Shown: piece by piece, positions 29,572 through 39,464 of the stretch
Position numbering within the stretch: position 1 is the stretch's first letter
Layout of the letters: each line of letters begins with the position of its first letter
NCBI GenBank assembly: GCA_965224245.1
Contig: OZ245046.1
Coordinates: 1,824,001 to 1,888,000, forward strand
DNA from: Candidatus Eiseniibacteriota bacterium
GTDB taxonomy: Bacteria > Eisenbacteria > RBG-16-71-46 > CAZAMP01
DNA length: 64,000 nucleotides
Direction: 5' to 3'
Notes under the pieces: model-generated
Told to the model about the DNA's origin: nothing
Databases searched by the model: none
What the model saw: the letters and a program-made list of their open reading frames with translations, nothing else
Program-made: the position numbers and the translations under genes

Positions 29572-31187
29572 GACGTCCCCTCGTGCTTGGCCACGACCGT
29601 GTCCCCGTCGAACGCGCTCAGCCGTTCCGGATGATCGACGTTGTAGTGCAGCCCGCGGCTCTCCCGGCGCCGGTCGGCCGACGTCGCGACCAGCTCGGCG
29701 ACCAGCGCGATGTTGCGCAGCTCGATCAGATCGGGGGTCAGGAGATAGCGGGCGAAGTAGCCCTCGATCGTTCGGCGGAGCCCCTTCAGGCGTTCCCGTG
29801 CGATCGCCAGGCGCTCGTCCGAGCGGACGATCCCGACGTAGTCCCACATCAGCGCGCGCACGTTGTTCCAGTCGTGCTCGAGGATGATGGCCTCTCGAAC
29901 GCGCACCGCGTGCCCCGAGTCCCAGGGCGCATGCGGATCCACCGATCCCAGCCGGCGGTGATCGGCGACGGCGCTCTCGATCGCCCGCGCCGACATCACC
30001 GCCGCCTCCAAAAGAGAGTTCGACGCCAGGCGATTCGCCCCGTGCATCCCGGTGTGCGTGACCTCGCCCGCGGCCAGGAGCCCTGGCACGTCCGTGCGGG
30101 CGTCGAGACCGGTCATAACGCCCCCGCAGACGTAGTGCGCGGCCGGCACCACGGGCATCGGCTGCTGGGTGATGTCGATGCCGAGACCGGCGCATCGCTC
30201 GTAGATCTGCGGAAACCGCTGGCGAACGCGATCGGCCGGGAGGTGCTCCAGGTGCAAGAGCACGTACGGATGTCCGAGCCGCTTCAGCTCGGCGTCGATC
30301 GCGCGCGCCACGATGTCGCGGGACGCGAGCTCGGCGCGCGGATCGTACTCGGACATGAACGCGCGGCCGTCGATCGTGGTCAGGGTGGCGCCTTCGCCGC
30401 GGCATGCCTCGGAGACGAGGAAGCTGCGGGCGACGTGGTGATAGAGGCAGGTCGGGTGAAACTGGATGAACTCGAGGTTGGCCAGACGCGCGCCCGCACG
30501 ATAGGCCATGGCCAGCCCGTCGCCGGTCGCGATGTCCGGGTTCGACGTGAACTTGTACGCCTTGCCGGCCCCTCCGGCGGCGAGGAGCGTGACCGGGGCC
30601 AGGAAGGACGATATCTCGTGCGAGTCGCGATCGAGCACGAACGCGCCCACGACCCGATCGTCGGCCGGTGCGCGACCGTGCTCGCCCCGGCGTCGCGAAT
30701 CGAGAATCAGGTCGACCGCCATGTGGTTCTCGAGGATCCGGACGTTGGGATCGGCGCGCGTCGCCGCCACCAGCGCCTCCGAAATGGCCAAGCCCGTCCG
30801 GTCTTCCACGTGCGCGACCCGCCGGTGCGTGTGGGCCCCCTCGCGCCCCAGCGCCAGATCGCCGGCCCGATCGCGATCGAACGCCACCCCGAGCTCGATC
30901 AGCTCGCGGATCTTGCCGGGACCGTCGGTCACGATCGAGCGCACGACCTCCTCGTTGCAGAGGTGATCGCCGGCGACCAGCGTGTCGGAGACGTGGGCCT
31001 CGACCGAGTCGTCGTCGCCGAGCACGGCGGCGATCCCGCCCTGTGCGTACCGGGTGTTGGACTCGCCGAGGGCGCGCTTGGTGACGACGGTGACCGAGCC
31101 GTGCTCGGCCAGTCGCAGAGCGGCGTACAGCCCGGCCAGACCACTGCCGATGATTAGAAAGTCAGAGGAATGGGTGTTCGTGGTCAT
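29568..31187 (-). CDS. nadB: L-aspartate oxidase
   Basis: IIGSGLAG, YAQGGIAAV, REGAH, EFIQFHPT, SEACRGEG, PAAHYVCGG, HGANRLASNSLLE, ESRGLH. Confidence 0.96.
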   Translation of the reverse strand: MTTNTHSSDFLIIGSGLAGLYAALRLAEHGSVTVVTKRALGESNTRYAQGGIAAVLGDDDSVEAHVSDTLVAGDHLCNEEVVRSIVTDGPGKIRELIELGVAFDRDRAGDLALGREGAHTHRRVAHVEDRTGLAISEALVAATRADPNVRILENHMAVDLILDSRRRGEHGRAPADDRVVGAFVLDRDSHEISSFLAPVTLLAAGGAGKAYKFTSNPDIATGDGLAMAYRAGARLANLEFIQFHPTCLYHHVARSFLVSEACRGEGATLTTIDGRAFMSEYDPRAELASRDIVARAIDAELKRLGHPYVLLHLEHLPADRVRQRFPQIYERCAGLGIDITQQPMPVVPAAHYVCGGVMTGLDARTDVPGLLAAGEVTHTGMHGANRLASNSLLEAAVMSARAIESAVADHRRLGSVDPHAPWDSGHAVRVREAIILEHDWNNVRALMWDYVGIVRSDERLAIARERLKGLRRTIEGYFARYLLTPDLIELRNIALVAELVATSADRRRESRGLHYNVDHPERLSAFDGDTVVAKHEGTS

Positions 31188-31259
31188 ATGGCCCTACTTG
31201 ATTGCGGTAGGGGCAGTTAGGGTGATCGACGGAGAGGTCGCTCGAAGCGTGAAGGCCCC

Positions 31260-31288
31260 ACTATAGGGCCGCTCCCGCCGGGTCGCAA
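31260..31288 (-). promoter_or_regulatory. Sigma-70 promoter for the nadB...miaA unit
   Basis: TTGCGA-N17-TATAGT on the minus strand; TACAAT at 31291 may serve the divergent gene. Confidence 0.55.
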
Positions 31289-31426
31289 CGTACAATCGCG
31301 ACCCGAAGCGCCTCCGTGACACCCCGGCGAACGCCAGAGACTAGGCGGTTGTGGCGGGTTTCGACCACCACGAACACCGGTGTGCGCTCGTCGCGCTCTT
31401 TCCGGCTTTCCGAGGAGGCCAGTGCC

Positions 31427-31978
31427 ATGCGTCAGGCCATCGCGGCTTCGGCGGTCCTCACCCTCGCGGCCCTGTCGGGTTGTGATGGGGATCTCGAGGT
31501 TCCCCGATCAGACGTCGAAATCATGCGCATCAACGGCGGCTACGCGCTTCAGAGCGCGGTCCGAAACGCTGGCGAGGATGGCGTCTTCGGTAACGAGGAC
31601 GACTTCATCACCGAGGACCAGGTCTGGGTGACGTTCGTGAACAACCCGTCCGACGAGCAGGGCACGATCGGATCCTCCGGCGCGTTCTCGTCGGTGACCT
31701 TCGATCGCTACCGTGTCTCGTTCACCTCCACGCCCGCGCTCGCGGACTTCGTCGGCACCTGTCACGCGCGCGTCGCGTCCGGCGACAGCGCGGGTGTCGG
31801 CGTCGTCGTCGTGCCCGCGGTTCGCAAGCAGATCGATCCGCTCGTCGGCATCTACACCGGCACGCAGCCGCCGATCGAGGCCAACGCGACGATCGAGTTC
31901 TGGGGTGAGGAGAAGACCTCGGGGCAGGAGATCCACGTTTCCGGCAGCCTCGTGGTGAACTTCGGGCTGGCGCGGTAA
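31427..31978 (+). CDS. Hypothetical lipoprotein
   Basis: GAGGAGG RBS; lipobox LSGC; beta-rich body ending GSLVVNFG. Confidence 0.7.
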   Translation: MRQAIAASAVLTLAALSGCDGDLEVPRSDVEIMRINGGYALQSAVRNAGEDGVFGNEDDFITEDQVWVTFVNNPSDEQGTIGSSGAFSSVTFDRYRVSFTSTPALADFVGTCHARVASGDSAGVGVVVVPAVRKQIDPLVGIYTGTQPPIEANATIEFWGEEKTSGQEIHVSGSLVVNFGLAR

Positions 31979-32087
31979 CGTCCAGGGACGCGTCTCACCC
32001 GCAACGTGAGCGCCCGTGCCGATGGCCGGGCGCTCTTTCGTGCCGCTCCGTGCGCCGCTCCGTGCGCCGTCGCGCACGCGCACGACG

Positions 32088-33164
32088 CTAGAGCGGCGTC
32101 GTGAGGAGCCGCTCCACGGGGTCCAGCGGCTCCACCGCCAGCTCCAGCACCGCCAGCCGATCCTCGTCGAGGAGCGCCCGCGTCGTGGGCTCGGCCAGAA
32201 AGCGCACCTCGTCCTTCTCGGTCGTCAGGACCGCGTCGGCCTCGTGCCGGGCCGCGAGAACCGCGAGCGCCCGCACGCGGTCCGCATCGATGCGTGCGTG
32301 GTCCCCGAGCCGCCGCTCGGCGCAGATGTGAATCCCCAGCGAGTCGACGCTCTCGCGGACGCTGTCCGGATTGCCGACCCCGGTCACGAGCACGACCCGC
32401 CGCGGTGCACCGGCGCCCGGGTCGAGATCGCCGTCGTCGAGTGCACCCGCACGCCGAACCCGGCGGACCACGAAACGCCAGCGGCCGCTGGAGCGTGTTC
32501 CGACGATCCGGGCGAGCGTCTCGTCGCCCGGCTCCTCCGCGCCCCCGGGACCTTCGGTGTATCGGGTCCAGGCGATCGCCGTGGCGCGAGCGAGCGCGGT
32601 CACGGGCTCCCGCAGATCTCCGGACGGCAGCAGCCCTCCCCGCCCCAGCGGACGACGCCAGTCGAGGCACACGATGTCGTCTTCCCGCGCGACACGGCGG
32701 TGCTGAAAGCCGTCGTCCAGGAGGAAGAGAGTCGCGCCGCGGCCGAGCGCCTCGCGGGCCGCGCGCACGCGATCGGGATGGGCGTACACCGCCACCTCGG
32801 GTAGCGCGCGCGCGTGCAGGAGGGCCTCGTCGCCGAACGTGGCGAGCGTGCCCCGCGGCGGACGATCACGCCACGCAGGGACCGGCGCGAGGCTGCCCCG
32901 GGCGCGATAGCCGCGCATCAGAATGGCCGGTCGATGACCGGCCGCGAGCGCGTGCCGCGCGAGAGCCTGGGTGATCGGCGTCTTGCCGGTGCCACCGGTC
33001 GTCAGGTTGCCGATCGACACCACGGGACACCCGAGCGCGTGGACGGCCCGCCGACCCGAGTCGTACGCGGCGTTGCGTGCACGGACGGCCAGGCCGTACA
33101 GCGGCGCGAGCGGGGCGAGAAGCGCTCGGATCGGCACGACGTCCCCTTCGCGTGACGGCGTCAC
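32088..33164 (-). CDS. lpxK: Tetraacyldisaccharide 4'-kinase
   Basis: VVSIGNLTTGGTGKTP, RGY, GDEA, LLDDGFQHRR, LLPSGDLRE, TTEKD. Confidence 0.95.
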   Translation of the reverse strand: MTPSREGDVVPIRALLAPLAPLYGLAVRARNAAYDSGRRAVHALGCPVVSIGNLTTGGTGKTPITQALARHALAAGHRPAILMRGYRARGSLAPVPAWRDRPPRGTLATFGDEALLHARALPEVAVYAHPDRVRAAREALGRGATLFLLDDGFQHRRVAREDDIVCLDWRRPLGRGGLLPSGDLREPVTALARATAIAWTRYTEGPGGAEEPGDETLARIVGTRSSGRWRFVVRRVRRAGALDDGDLDPGAGAPRRVVLVTGVGNPDSVRESVDSLGIHICAERRLGDHARIDADRVRALAVLAARHEADAVLTTEKDEVRFLAEPTTRALLDEDRLAVLELAVEPLDPVERLLTTPL

Positions 33165-34465
33165 GGCGTTCGCGTGGTGACGGCGTCGAAGAATCCCCGG
33201 CTCTCGAGCGCCGCTATCACGCGGCCGCTGGCGCCCCGGCCGGCGTCGGCGGCCTCGCGCGCGCCGCGGCCGAGCCGCTGGCGGGACTCCGGTGCCGAGA
33301 GCAGCGTCCAGACCGCATCACACAGCTCCCCTGGACCATGTACCCGGACGCCGCCGTCGTGCTCGAGGAGCCGCTCGGCGTCGTCGGTCCAGGACGACGT
33401 GTCGGGCCCGAACACCACCGGCACGCCGAACGCGGCGGGCTCCATCAGGTTGTGCCCACCGTAGGCGGCGAACGTCCCTCCCACGATCGCGACGTCCGCC
33501 GCCTCGTAGAAGTCGCGGAGCTCTCCGAGCGTGTCGACGAGGAGGACGCTGACGTCGGTGGGCACCGCGTCGCCCATCCCCGAGCGACGCACGATCGCGA
33601 TTCCCGCGCGGGTGAGCGCGGTCGCGACGCGATCGAACTCCTCGGGATGTCGCGGCGCGATGACCCAGAGCGCGTCGGAGCGCGGGCAGAGCGATCCGAT
33701 CAGCTCGATTGCGATCGCCTCCTCGCCGGGACGCAGGCAGCCCCAGACCACGACGTGTCGAGAGCCGAGGAGCGCCGTCATGTCGGTCCGCGCGTCCGAC
33801 CCGTCCGATGGGCCGGTCGAGAGCACGTCCAGCTTCGTGTTGCCCGCGACCACCGTGCGCTCGGGATCGGCGCCGAGGTCCAGGAAACGTTCGCGGTCCT
33901 CGTCCGAGCGCGTCGCGATCAGATCGATCGTCCGGAGGACACGACGAAAGAGCCCCCGCGCGCGACGGTAGCCGCGGTGGCTCCGGCCCGTCATGCGCGC
34001 CGAGGCCAGGCACACGGGAACACCGCGACGCTCGAGGGACATGAGCAGCTTCGGCCAGATCTCGGTCTCGACGACGATTAGCGCCGCCGGACGAACCGCA
34101 TCGATGAAGCGTCCCGGCGCCGGCCAGGCATCGATCGGCAGGAGACGCCGGAAGAGCGCGTCGGGAAAGAGTGCGTCCGCACGTGCCCGGCCGGTGACCG
34201 TGGTGCTCGTGATTCCCCAGGCCATCCCGGGCCGCTGACGTTCCAGAACCGACACGAGGGGCTTCAGCGTGCCCATCTCGCCCACCGAGGCGCCGTGAAG
34301 CCACAGCGGCCGGACGCCCTCGGGCAGCGTCGGCCCGCGCCCCAGCCGCTCGCGGAAGTCGGTGTCGGACACGACGCGTCCCACGGTCGCGGCGGCCGCT
34401 CCCACGGCGCCGCCGGCCAGCGTGTAGGCGGTGGCCCAGAGGGCGCCGCGTCGATCACGAGGCAC
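33161..34465 (-). CDS. waaA: Kdo transferase
   Basis: WLHGASVGE, ETEIWP, GNTKLD, IAPRHPE, DTLGEL, GGHNLMEPA. Confidence 0.95.
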   Translation of the reverse strand: MPRDRRGALWATAYTLAGGAVGAAAATVGRVVSDTDFRERLGRGPTLPEGVRPLWLHGASVGEMGTLKPLVSVLERQRPGMAWGITSTTVTGRARADALFPDALFRRLLPIDAWPAPGRFIDAVRPAALIVVETEIWPKLLMSLERRGVPVCLASARMTGRSHRGYRRARGLFRRVLRTIDLIATRSDEDRERFLDLGADPERTVVAGNTKLDVLSTGPSDGSDARTDMTALLGSRHVVVWGCLRPGEEAIAIELIGSLCPRSDALWVIAPRHPEEFDRVATALTRAGIAIVRRSGMGDAVPTDVSVLLVDTLGELRDFYEAADVAIVGGTFAAYGGHNLMEPAAFGVPVVFGPDTSSWTDDAERLLEHDGGVRVHGPGELCDAVWTLLSAPESRQRLGRGAREAADAGRGASGRVIAALESRGFFDAVTTRTP

Positions 34466-35162
34466 CGGCCATCTCCTCGAAGGGTTCGCCCCGGGCCAGG
34501 CGCTCGGCGCGCTCGGTCGTGCGCATCAGCGTCTCGCGAATGCGCGAGCGCCAGCGGGCTTCCTCGCGCGTCGCCTCGCGCGGGACCCACAGTAGCTCGT
34601 CCATGACGACGGCCCCCCGCGCGAACGGCCTCGGAATCTCGAAGCGATCCCACGACGGGAGGCGCCAGAGCGCGCTGGCCGACGCGGCCAGCGGGATGAT
34701 CGGGAGGCCGGACAGCGCGGCCAGCACCGTGACCCCGTCCTGTACCTGGTGGCGCGGCCCACGCGGGCCATCGGGCGTGATGCCGACCGAGCGACCCTCG
34801 CGAGCCGCCCGCAGGAGCGCCTTCATCGCCGCGCTCCCGCCCCGCGACGTGGATCCCCGCGCGGTGTCGAACCCCATCCCGTCGAGGACGCGCGTGATCA
34901 GCTCGCCGTCGTCGTTCCGACTCACGAGAACGACGATGCCCCGGTTCCGATGCGTGTAGGTGAGCGACAGGAGGTGACCATGCCAGTGCGCGTACAGCGC
35001 GTTTCGTCCGGCGTCCAGGTGACGCGCGGTCGTGTCGTGCACGTCCCAGCTCCAGCGGACCGAGCCGCACAGTCCACGGACGAGCCAGGGGCCGAGGTTC
35101 GAGGCCAGCACGAACTGGATGCGTCTGGAGAGCGAGGGGGCGCGAGGCTCCGTGTCGGTCAT
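34455..35162 (-). CDS. DUF374 lipid A late acyltransferase (LpxJ-like)
   Basis: WHG, VSRNDDGE, RGSTSRGG, ITPDGPRGP, SWDRFEIPRPF; lies between lpxB and waaA. Confidence 0.8.
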   Translation of the reverse strand: MTDTEPRAPSLSRRIQFVLASNLGPWLVRGLCGSVRWSWDVHDTTARHLDAGRNALYAHWHGHLLSLTYTHRNRGIVVLVSRNDDGELITRVLDGMGFDTARGSTSRGGSAAMKALLRAAREGRSVGITPDGPRGPRHQVQDGVTVLAALSGLPIIPLAASASALWRLPSWDRFEIPRPFARGAVVMDELLWVPREATREEARWRSRIRETLMRTTERAERLARGEPFEEMAGAS

Positions 35163-36295
35163 ACCGGCGTCCTCCGCAGCGAAAGCGCCGTCTCCGCGAT
35201 CGCATCGAGCCCGACGCCGCCTCCGAGGGCGGCTCGCACGCGGGCATAGCCCTCGCGCATTCTATCCCCCACGCGGGGCTCGTCCAAGAGCCGCCGAACC
35301 TCGGCGGTGAGACGCTCGGGGCTCGCGTCGTCCTGCAGCAGCTCGGGCACGAGCCGTTCCTCGGCCACGAGGTTCACCATCGCCGCGTACGGCGTCTTCA
35401 CCAGCCGGCGAGCGACGAACCAGGTGGCCCGGCTCAGGCGATACATGACGACCATCGGCGTGCCCGCGATCGCGACCTCGACGGTGGCGGTTCCCGAGGC
35501 CACGATCGCCGCGTCGGCGGCCGAGGCCAGATCGATCGCCGGTGGCTCGACGACCTCCAGCCCGGGAGCGAGCGCGATCACCTCCTCCCGATCGAGCGTG
35601 GCGGCCCGGGCCACCGCGCAGCGCACGGGTGGATCGAGCGTCCCCAGCCGGCGTGCGGTCTCGGTCATGATCGGCAGGTGGCGCTCGATCTCCGAGTGCC
35701 GGCTCCCGGGCAACAGCGCCACGAGTCGCTCGTCGCTCCCCAGCCCCAGCGCGGCGCGGACGGCCGCCCGGTCCCGCGTGGGCGACAGCTCGGTCACCAG
35801 CGGATGGCCGGCGTACGTGACCGGAACGCCCGCCGCCTCGAAGAACGGCACCTCGAACGGGAACAGCACCGCCACGTGGGCACACCACCTCGCCATCTCG
35901 CGCACACGACCGCGCCGCCACGCCCACACCTGGGGCGCAATGAAGTAGAACACCGGAACGCCGGCCGCGTGCGCCGTGCGCGCCAGCCGGAAGTTGAAGT
36001 CGGGATAGTCGATCGGAACGAAGAGGTCGATCTCGCCGCTCTTCAGGTGGGCGCCCAGCGCGCCGAGGATCCGGAGGATACGCGGCAGACGCCGGGCCAC
36101 CTCGGTGATGCCCACCACCGAGAGCGACTCGATCCCGGTCAGGATCTCGACGCCGGCCTCGTGCATGCGCTGGCCGCCGACGCCGACCAGCCGAACGTCC
36201 GGATCGCACCGTCTGAAGGCCTCGGCCAGACGTGCCCCGTGAAGGTCGCCCGAGGCCTCGCCGGCGACGAGCAGGACGGTGGGGCCGGCGCTCAC
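35159..36295 (-). CDS. lpxB: Lipid-A-disaccharide synthase
   Basis: VAGEASGDLHG, IDYPDFN, PQVWAWR, FPFE, LLPGSR, SGTATVE, PELLQ. Confidence 0.96.
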   Translation of the reverse strand: MSAGPTVLLVAGEASGDLHGARLAEAFRRCDPDVRLVGVGGQRMHEAGVEILTGIESLSVVGITEVARRLPRILRILGALGAHLKSGEIDLFVPIDYPDFNFRLARTAHAAGVPVFYFIAPQVWAWRRGRVREMARWCAHVAVLFPFEVPFFEAAGVPVTYAGHPLVTELSPTRDRAAVRAALGLGSDERLVALLPGSRHSEIERHLPIMTETARRLGTLDPPVRCAVARAATLDREEVIALAPGLEVVEPPAIDLASAADAAIVASGTATVEVAIAGTPMVVMYRLSRATWFVARRLVKTPYAAMVNLVAEERLVPELLQDDASPERLTAEVRRLLDEPRVGDRMREGYARVRAALGGGVGLDAIAETALSLRRTPV

Positions 36296-37287
36296 GCCGG
36301 GTGGCCCTGCACCTTTGCCAGCTGCCGGGCGACCGACGCTCGAACCTCGAGCGCCAGCGCCAGCGCGGAGGTCGCGGCAACTCCATCCACCGCCGGAGCC
36401 TCGTCGCCCCCGATCGCCCGCACGAAGTTGGACAGCTCGTCGGCCAGGGGGTTCGCGTCGGGATGGGGCCCGATGCGACGGTGGGAGATCATCGACGCGG
36501 CCGGGGGAAACTCGCCCCGGGCGAGCCACTCCGCGGGATCGGCGGCCAGCCGCATGACCTCGCCCCTCCGGCGGAAGAGATCGATGGCCACGTACGCGCG
36601 GTCGGCGGTGAAGAAGCGCACGCGGCGCATGCGCTCCATCGAGACCCGGCTCGCCGTGAGGTTGCAGACCAGTCCGCCCGAGAACTCCACGCGGGCGTTC
36701 GCGATGTCCTCGCGCGCGGTGATGACCGGAACCCCGGCCGCGTGCACCTCCTCGGCCACGACCCCTTCGCCGGCGACGGCCAGCGTGAGGTCGATGTCGT
36801 GAATCATCAGATCGAGAATCACGTCCACGTCGATCGCGCGGGGCACGAACGGCGACAGCCGGTGCGCCTCGACGAACAGCGGCCGCCGAACCTCGTCGGC
36901 GAGCTGTCGGAACGCCGGGTTGAAGCGCTCGACGTGGCCGACGGCCAGCACGCGATCGGCCTCCCGGGCGCGCGCCGAGAGCGCGCGGGCGGTCTCGGCC
37001 GTCGCGGTGATGGGCTTCTCCACGAAGACGTGGAGATCGCGCTCGAGGGCCGCGGTCGCGATCTCGTGGTGGAGCGTCGTGGGCACCGCGATCACCAGCG
37101 CGTCCGACCGGTCGGCCAGGACATCCAGCGACGCGCACGCCGTCGTGTCGAACTCCGAGGCGGCACGCTCGGCACGGACCGGATCCACGTCGAGAACGCC
37201 CGAGAGGGAGAGTCCCTGCATGGCGGCCAGGTTGCGGGCATGGAGCCAGCCCATGTGGCCCACCCCGACGACGCCGATGCGCGTCAT
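36292..37287 (-). CDS. Gfo/Idh/MocA oxidoreductase, GnnA-like (UDP-GlcNAc 3-dehydrogenase)
   Basis: GVGHMG, EKP, GHVERFNPA, DVILDLMIHDID, NLTASRVS; lies between lpxA and lpxB. Confidence 0.8.
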   Translation of the reverse strand: MTRIGVVGVGHMGWLHARNLAAMQGLSLSGVLDVDPVRAERAASEFDTTACASLDVLADRSDALVIAVPTTLHHEIATAALERDLHVFVEKPITATAETARALSARAREADRVLAVGHVERFNPAFRQLADEVRRPLFVEAHRLSPFVPRAIDVDVILDLMIHDIDLTLAVAGEGVVAEEVHAAGVPVITAREDIANARVEFSGGLVCNLTASRVSMERMRRVRFFTADRAYVAIDLFRRRGEVMRLAADPAEWLARGEFPPAASMISHRRIGPHPDANPLADELSNFVRAIGGDEAPAVDGVAATSALALALEVRASVARQLAKVQGHPA

Positions 37288-38057
37288 CGGATGATGCCCC
37301 GGCCCGGCTCGCGGACGAAGTCGAGGAACTGTCGCACCTCGGACACGTCGGGGGCCTCGGCCGCGATGCGCTCGCAGGCCTCGGACGCGGTCAGCTTCTG
37401 GCGGAAGTAGATCCGGTAGGCGTCCTTCAGGGCCGACACCGCGGCCGGCTCGAACCCGCGCCGCGAGAGCCCGATGCTGTTCAGGCCGTACGTCTTCGGG
37501 GGGTTTCCGGCGACCTTCGTGAACGGCGCCACGTCCTGCGGGATGCGCGACCCGCCGCCCACGATGGCGTGGCGACCGATCCGCACGAACTGGTGCACCG
37601 GCGTCACCCCCCCGATGACCACCCAGTCCTCCACGCGAACGAAGCCCGCGAGGTTCACCGCGTTGGCCAGGATCGTCCGGTTGCCGATGTGGCAGTTGTG
37701 CGCGACGTGCACGTACGCCATCAGCAGGTTCTGGTTCCCGATCGAGGTGCGCCCGCCCTTCTCGCTGCCGGGCTGCATCGTGACGTACTCGCGAATGATG
37801 TTGTCGTCGCCGATGTCGAGGTAGCTCTCGGCCCCGGTATACGAGTAGTCCTGGGGCGCCGAGCCGATCGCCGCGCCGTGAAAGACCTGATTGCGCTCGC
37901 CGAGCGTGGTGTGCCCCTCCACGAGCACGTGGCCGGCCAGGCGGGTCCCGCTTCCGATCCGGACACCGGCGCCGACGATCGAGTACGGGCCGACCACGAC
38001 GTCGTCGGCCAGCTCCGCCTCGGGGTGGATGATCGCGGTCGGGTGGATGTTCGACAC
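37284..38057 (-). CDS. lpxA: Acyl-ACP--UDP-N-acetylglucosamine acyltransferase
   Basis: IHPTAII hexapeptide repeats, PQD, IREYVT, YVHVAHNC, VHQFVRIG, GLNSIGL. Confidence 0.96.
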   Translation of the reverse strand: MSNIHPTAIIHPEAELADDVVVGPYSIVGAGVRIGSGTRLAGHVLVEGHTTLGERNQVFHGAAIGSAPQDYSYTGAESYLDIGDDNIIREYVTMQPGSEKGGRTSIGNQNLLMAYVHVAHNCHIGNRTILANAVNLAGFVRVEDWVVIGGVTPVHQFVRIGRHAIVGGGSRIPQDVAPFTKVAGNPPKTYGLNSIGLSRRGFEPAAVSALKDAYRIYFRQKLTASEACERIAAEAPDVSEVRQFLDFVREPGRGIIR

Positions 38058-38099
38058 GGTGTTCGTCTCTCCTTCAGATCGTCGGCCGCCGAGATCGGT

Positions 38100-39461
38100 C
38101 TAGGGCTCGACCACGGTGGACATGAGCTCGGCCTCGCAGACGAGCTGATCGCCGACGTATGCCTTCCCCGACATCTTGCACAGCTTGCTCGTCATGCGCT
38201 TGGGCTCGAGCACGAACCGCACCTGATCGCCGGGGACGACCGCCTGGCGGAACCGCGCCTTGTCGATCCCGAGGAAGTACACGAGCTTGCCACCGGGGTC
38301 GGTGACGGTGTTCAGCAGCATGACGCCGCCCACCTGCGCCATCGCCTCGAGCAGGAGGACGCCGGGCATGATGGGCTGACCGGGGAAATGCCCCTGGAAG
38401 AACGGCTCGTTGATCGTGACGTTCTTGATGCCCACCACGCGCTCGTCGGTCATCTCGAGGATGCGATCGACGAGCAGGAACGGGTAGCGATGCGGCATGA
38501 TGCGCGCGATGTCCGGCAGATCGAACACGTAGCCGTGGACCGCCGGATCGCGCGGCTCGGGCTTGTTCGACGCCGTCAGCGGCTCGCGCACCCAGGAGTT
38601 CGGGCGCGTACCGGTGTCCGCGGACCGCGCGAGCGCCTTGACGAACGCCACGTGTGACTCGTGTCCGCCCCGCAGCGCCACAACGTGCGCCTTCAGAGGA
38701 CGACCGAGGAGTGCCAGATCGCCGCACAGATCGAGCAGCTTGTGGCGCACGAACTCGTCGGGAAAGCGGAGCGGCTCGTCGTTCAGGAGCTCTCCGTCCT
38801 TGACCACGATGGCGTTCTCCAGCGATCCCCCCTTGATGAACCCGGCGGCCCGGAGCGCCTCGACGTCGCGATGCAGCGCGAACGTCCGTGCGGGGGCGAT
38901 CTCCTGCATGAAGGTCTCGGGCGTGATCGCCATGCTCGAGTGTTGTGAACCGATCAGGGGATCGTCGTAGTCGATCGTGTACGAGAAGCGGAGCTCCGCC
39001 GACGGCACGGCGGTGATCTCGATCGGGCCGTTGCGAAACGTCACGGGGCTCGCGAGCTCGAGCGGTCGCCGGAGCTTCTCGCCGTCCCGGGTGCCCGCCT
39101 CGCGCACGACGCGCGCGATCTCGACCACACCGCCGTTGGCCGGCTCGGGGGCCTCGAGTCCGTCGATCCCGATGAGCGCGTTGTCTATCCCGAGGCCGTA
39201 CAGCGTGGCCAGGACGTGCTCGGTCGTGTGGACCTCGGCGTCCCCCGCGGACAGGATCGTGCGCCTCGCGTTCTGGTGATCGTACCGCGCCGTCGCGGGC
39301 GACACCGGGATGCGCGGGTTGCCGGGCATGTCGCGTCGCTCGAAGACGAGGCCGTGATCGTCGGGAGCGGGCTCGATCGTCACGGTGACCTGCCCGCCGG
39401 TGTGAATGCCGACGCCGGTGAACGAGCACGACGCCGCGAGAGTTCGCTGCTTCTCACCCAT
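38100..39461 (-). CDS. lpxC: Bifunctional LpxC-FabZ fusion
   Basis: Lpx[37 protein letters not shown]; Fab[34 protein letters not shown]. Confidence 0.96.
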   Translation of the reverse strand: MGEKQRTLAASCSFTGVGIHTGGQVTVTIEPAPDDHGLVFERRDMPGNPRIPVSPATARYDHQNARRTILSAGDAEVHTTEHVLATLYGLGIDNALIGIDGLEAPEPANGGVVEIARVVREAGTRDGEKLRRPLELASPVTFRNGPIEITAVPSAELRFSYTIDYDDPLIGSQHSSMAITPETFMQEIAPARTFALHRDVEALRAAGFIKGGSLENAIVVKDGELLNDEPLRFPDEFVRHKLLDLCGDLALLGRPLKAHVVALRGGHESHVAFVKALARSADTGTRPNSWVREPLTASNKPEPRDPAVHGYVFDLPDIARIMPHRYPFLLVDRILEMTDERVVGIKNVTINEPFFQGHFPGQPIMPGVLLLEAMAQVGGVMLLNTVTDPGGKLVYFLGIDKARFRQAVVPGDQVRFVLEPKRMTSKLCKMSGKAYVGDQLVCEAELMSTVVEP

Positions 39462-39464
39462 GTT

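Noticed and set aside
32042..32069. 12-bp tandem repeat GCCGCTCCGTGC (about 2.3 copies)
   Set aside because: Short duplication between convergent genes with no spacers; not CRISPR or REP-like
38100..39461. LpxC-FabZ fusion as a novelty
   Set aside because: Already well known in Bacteroidota, Chlorobi and related phyla
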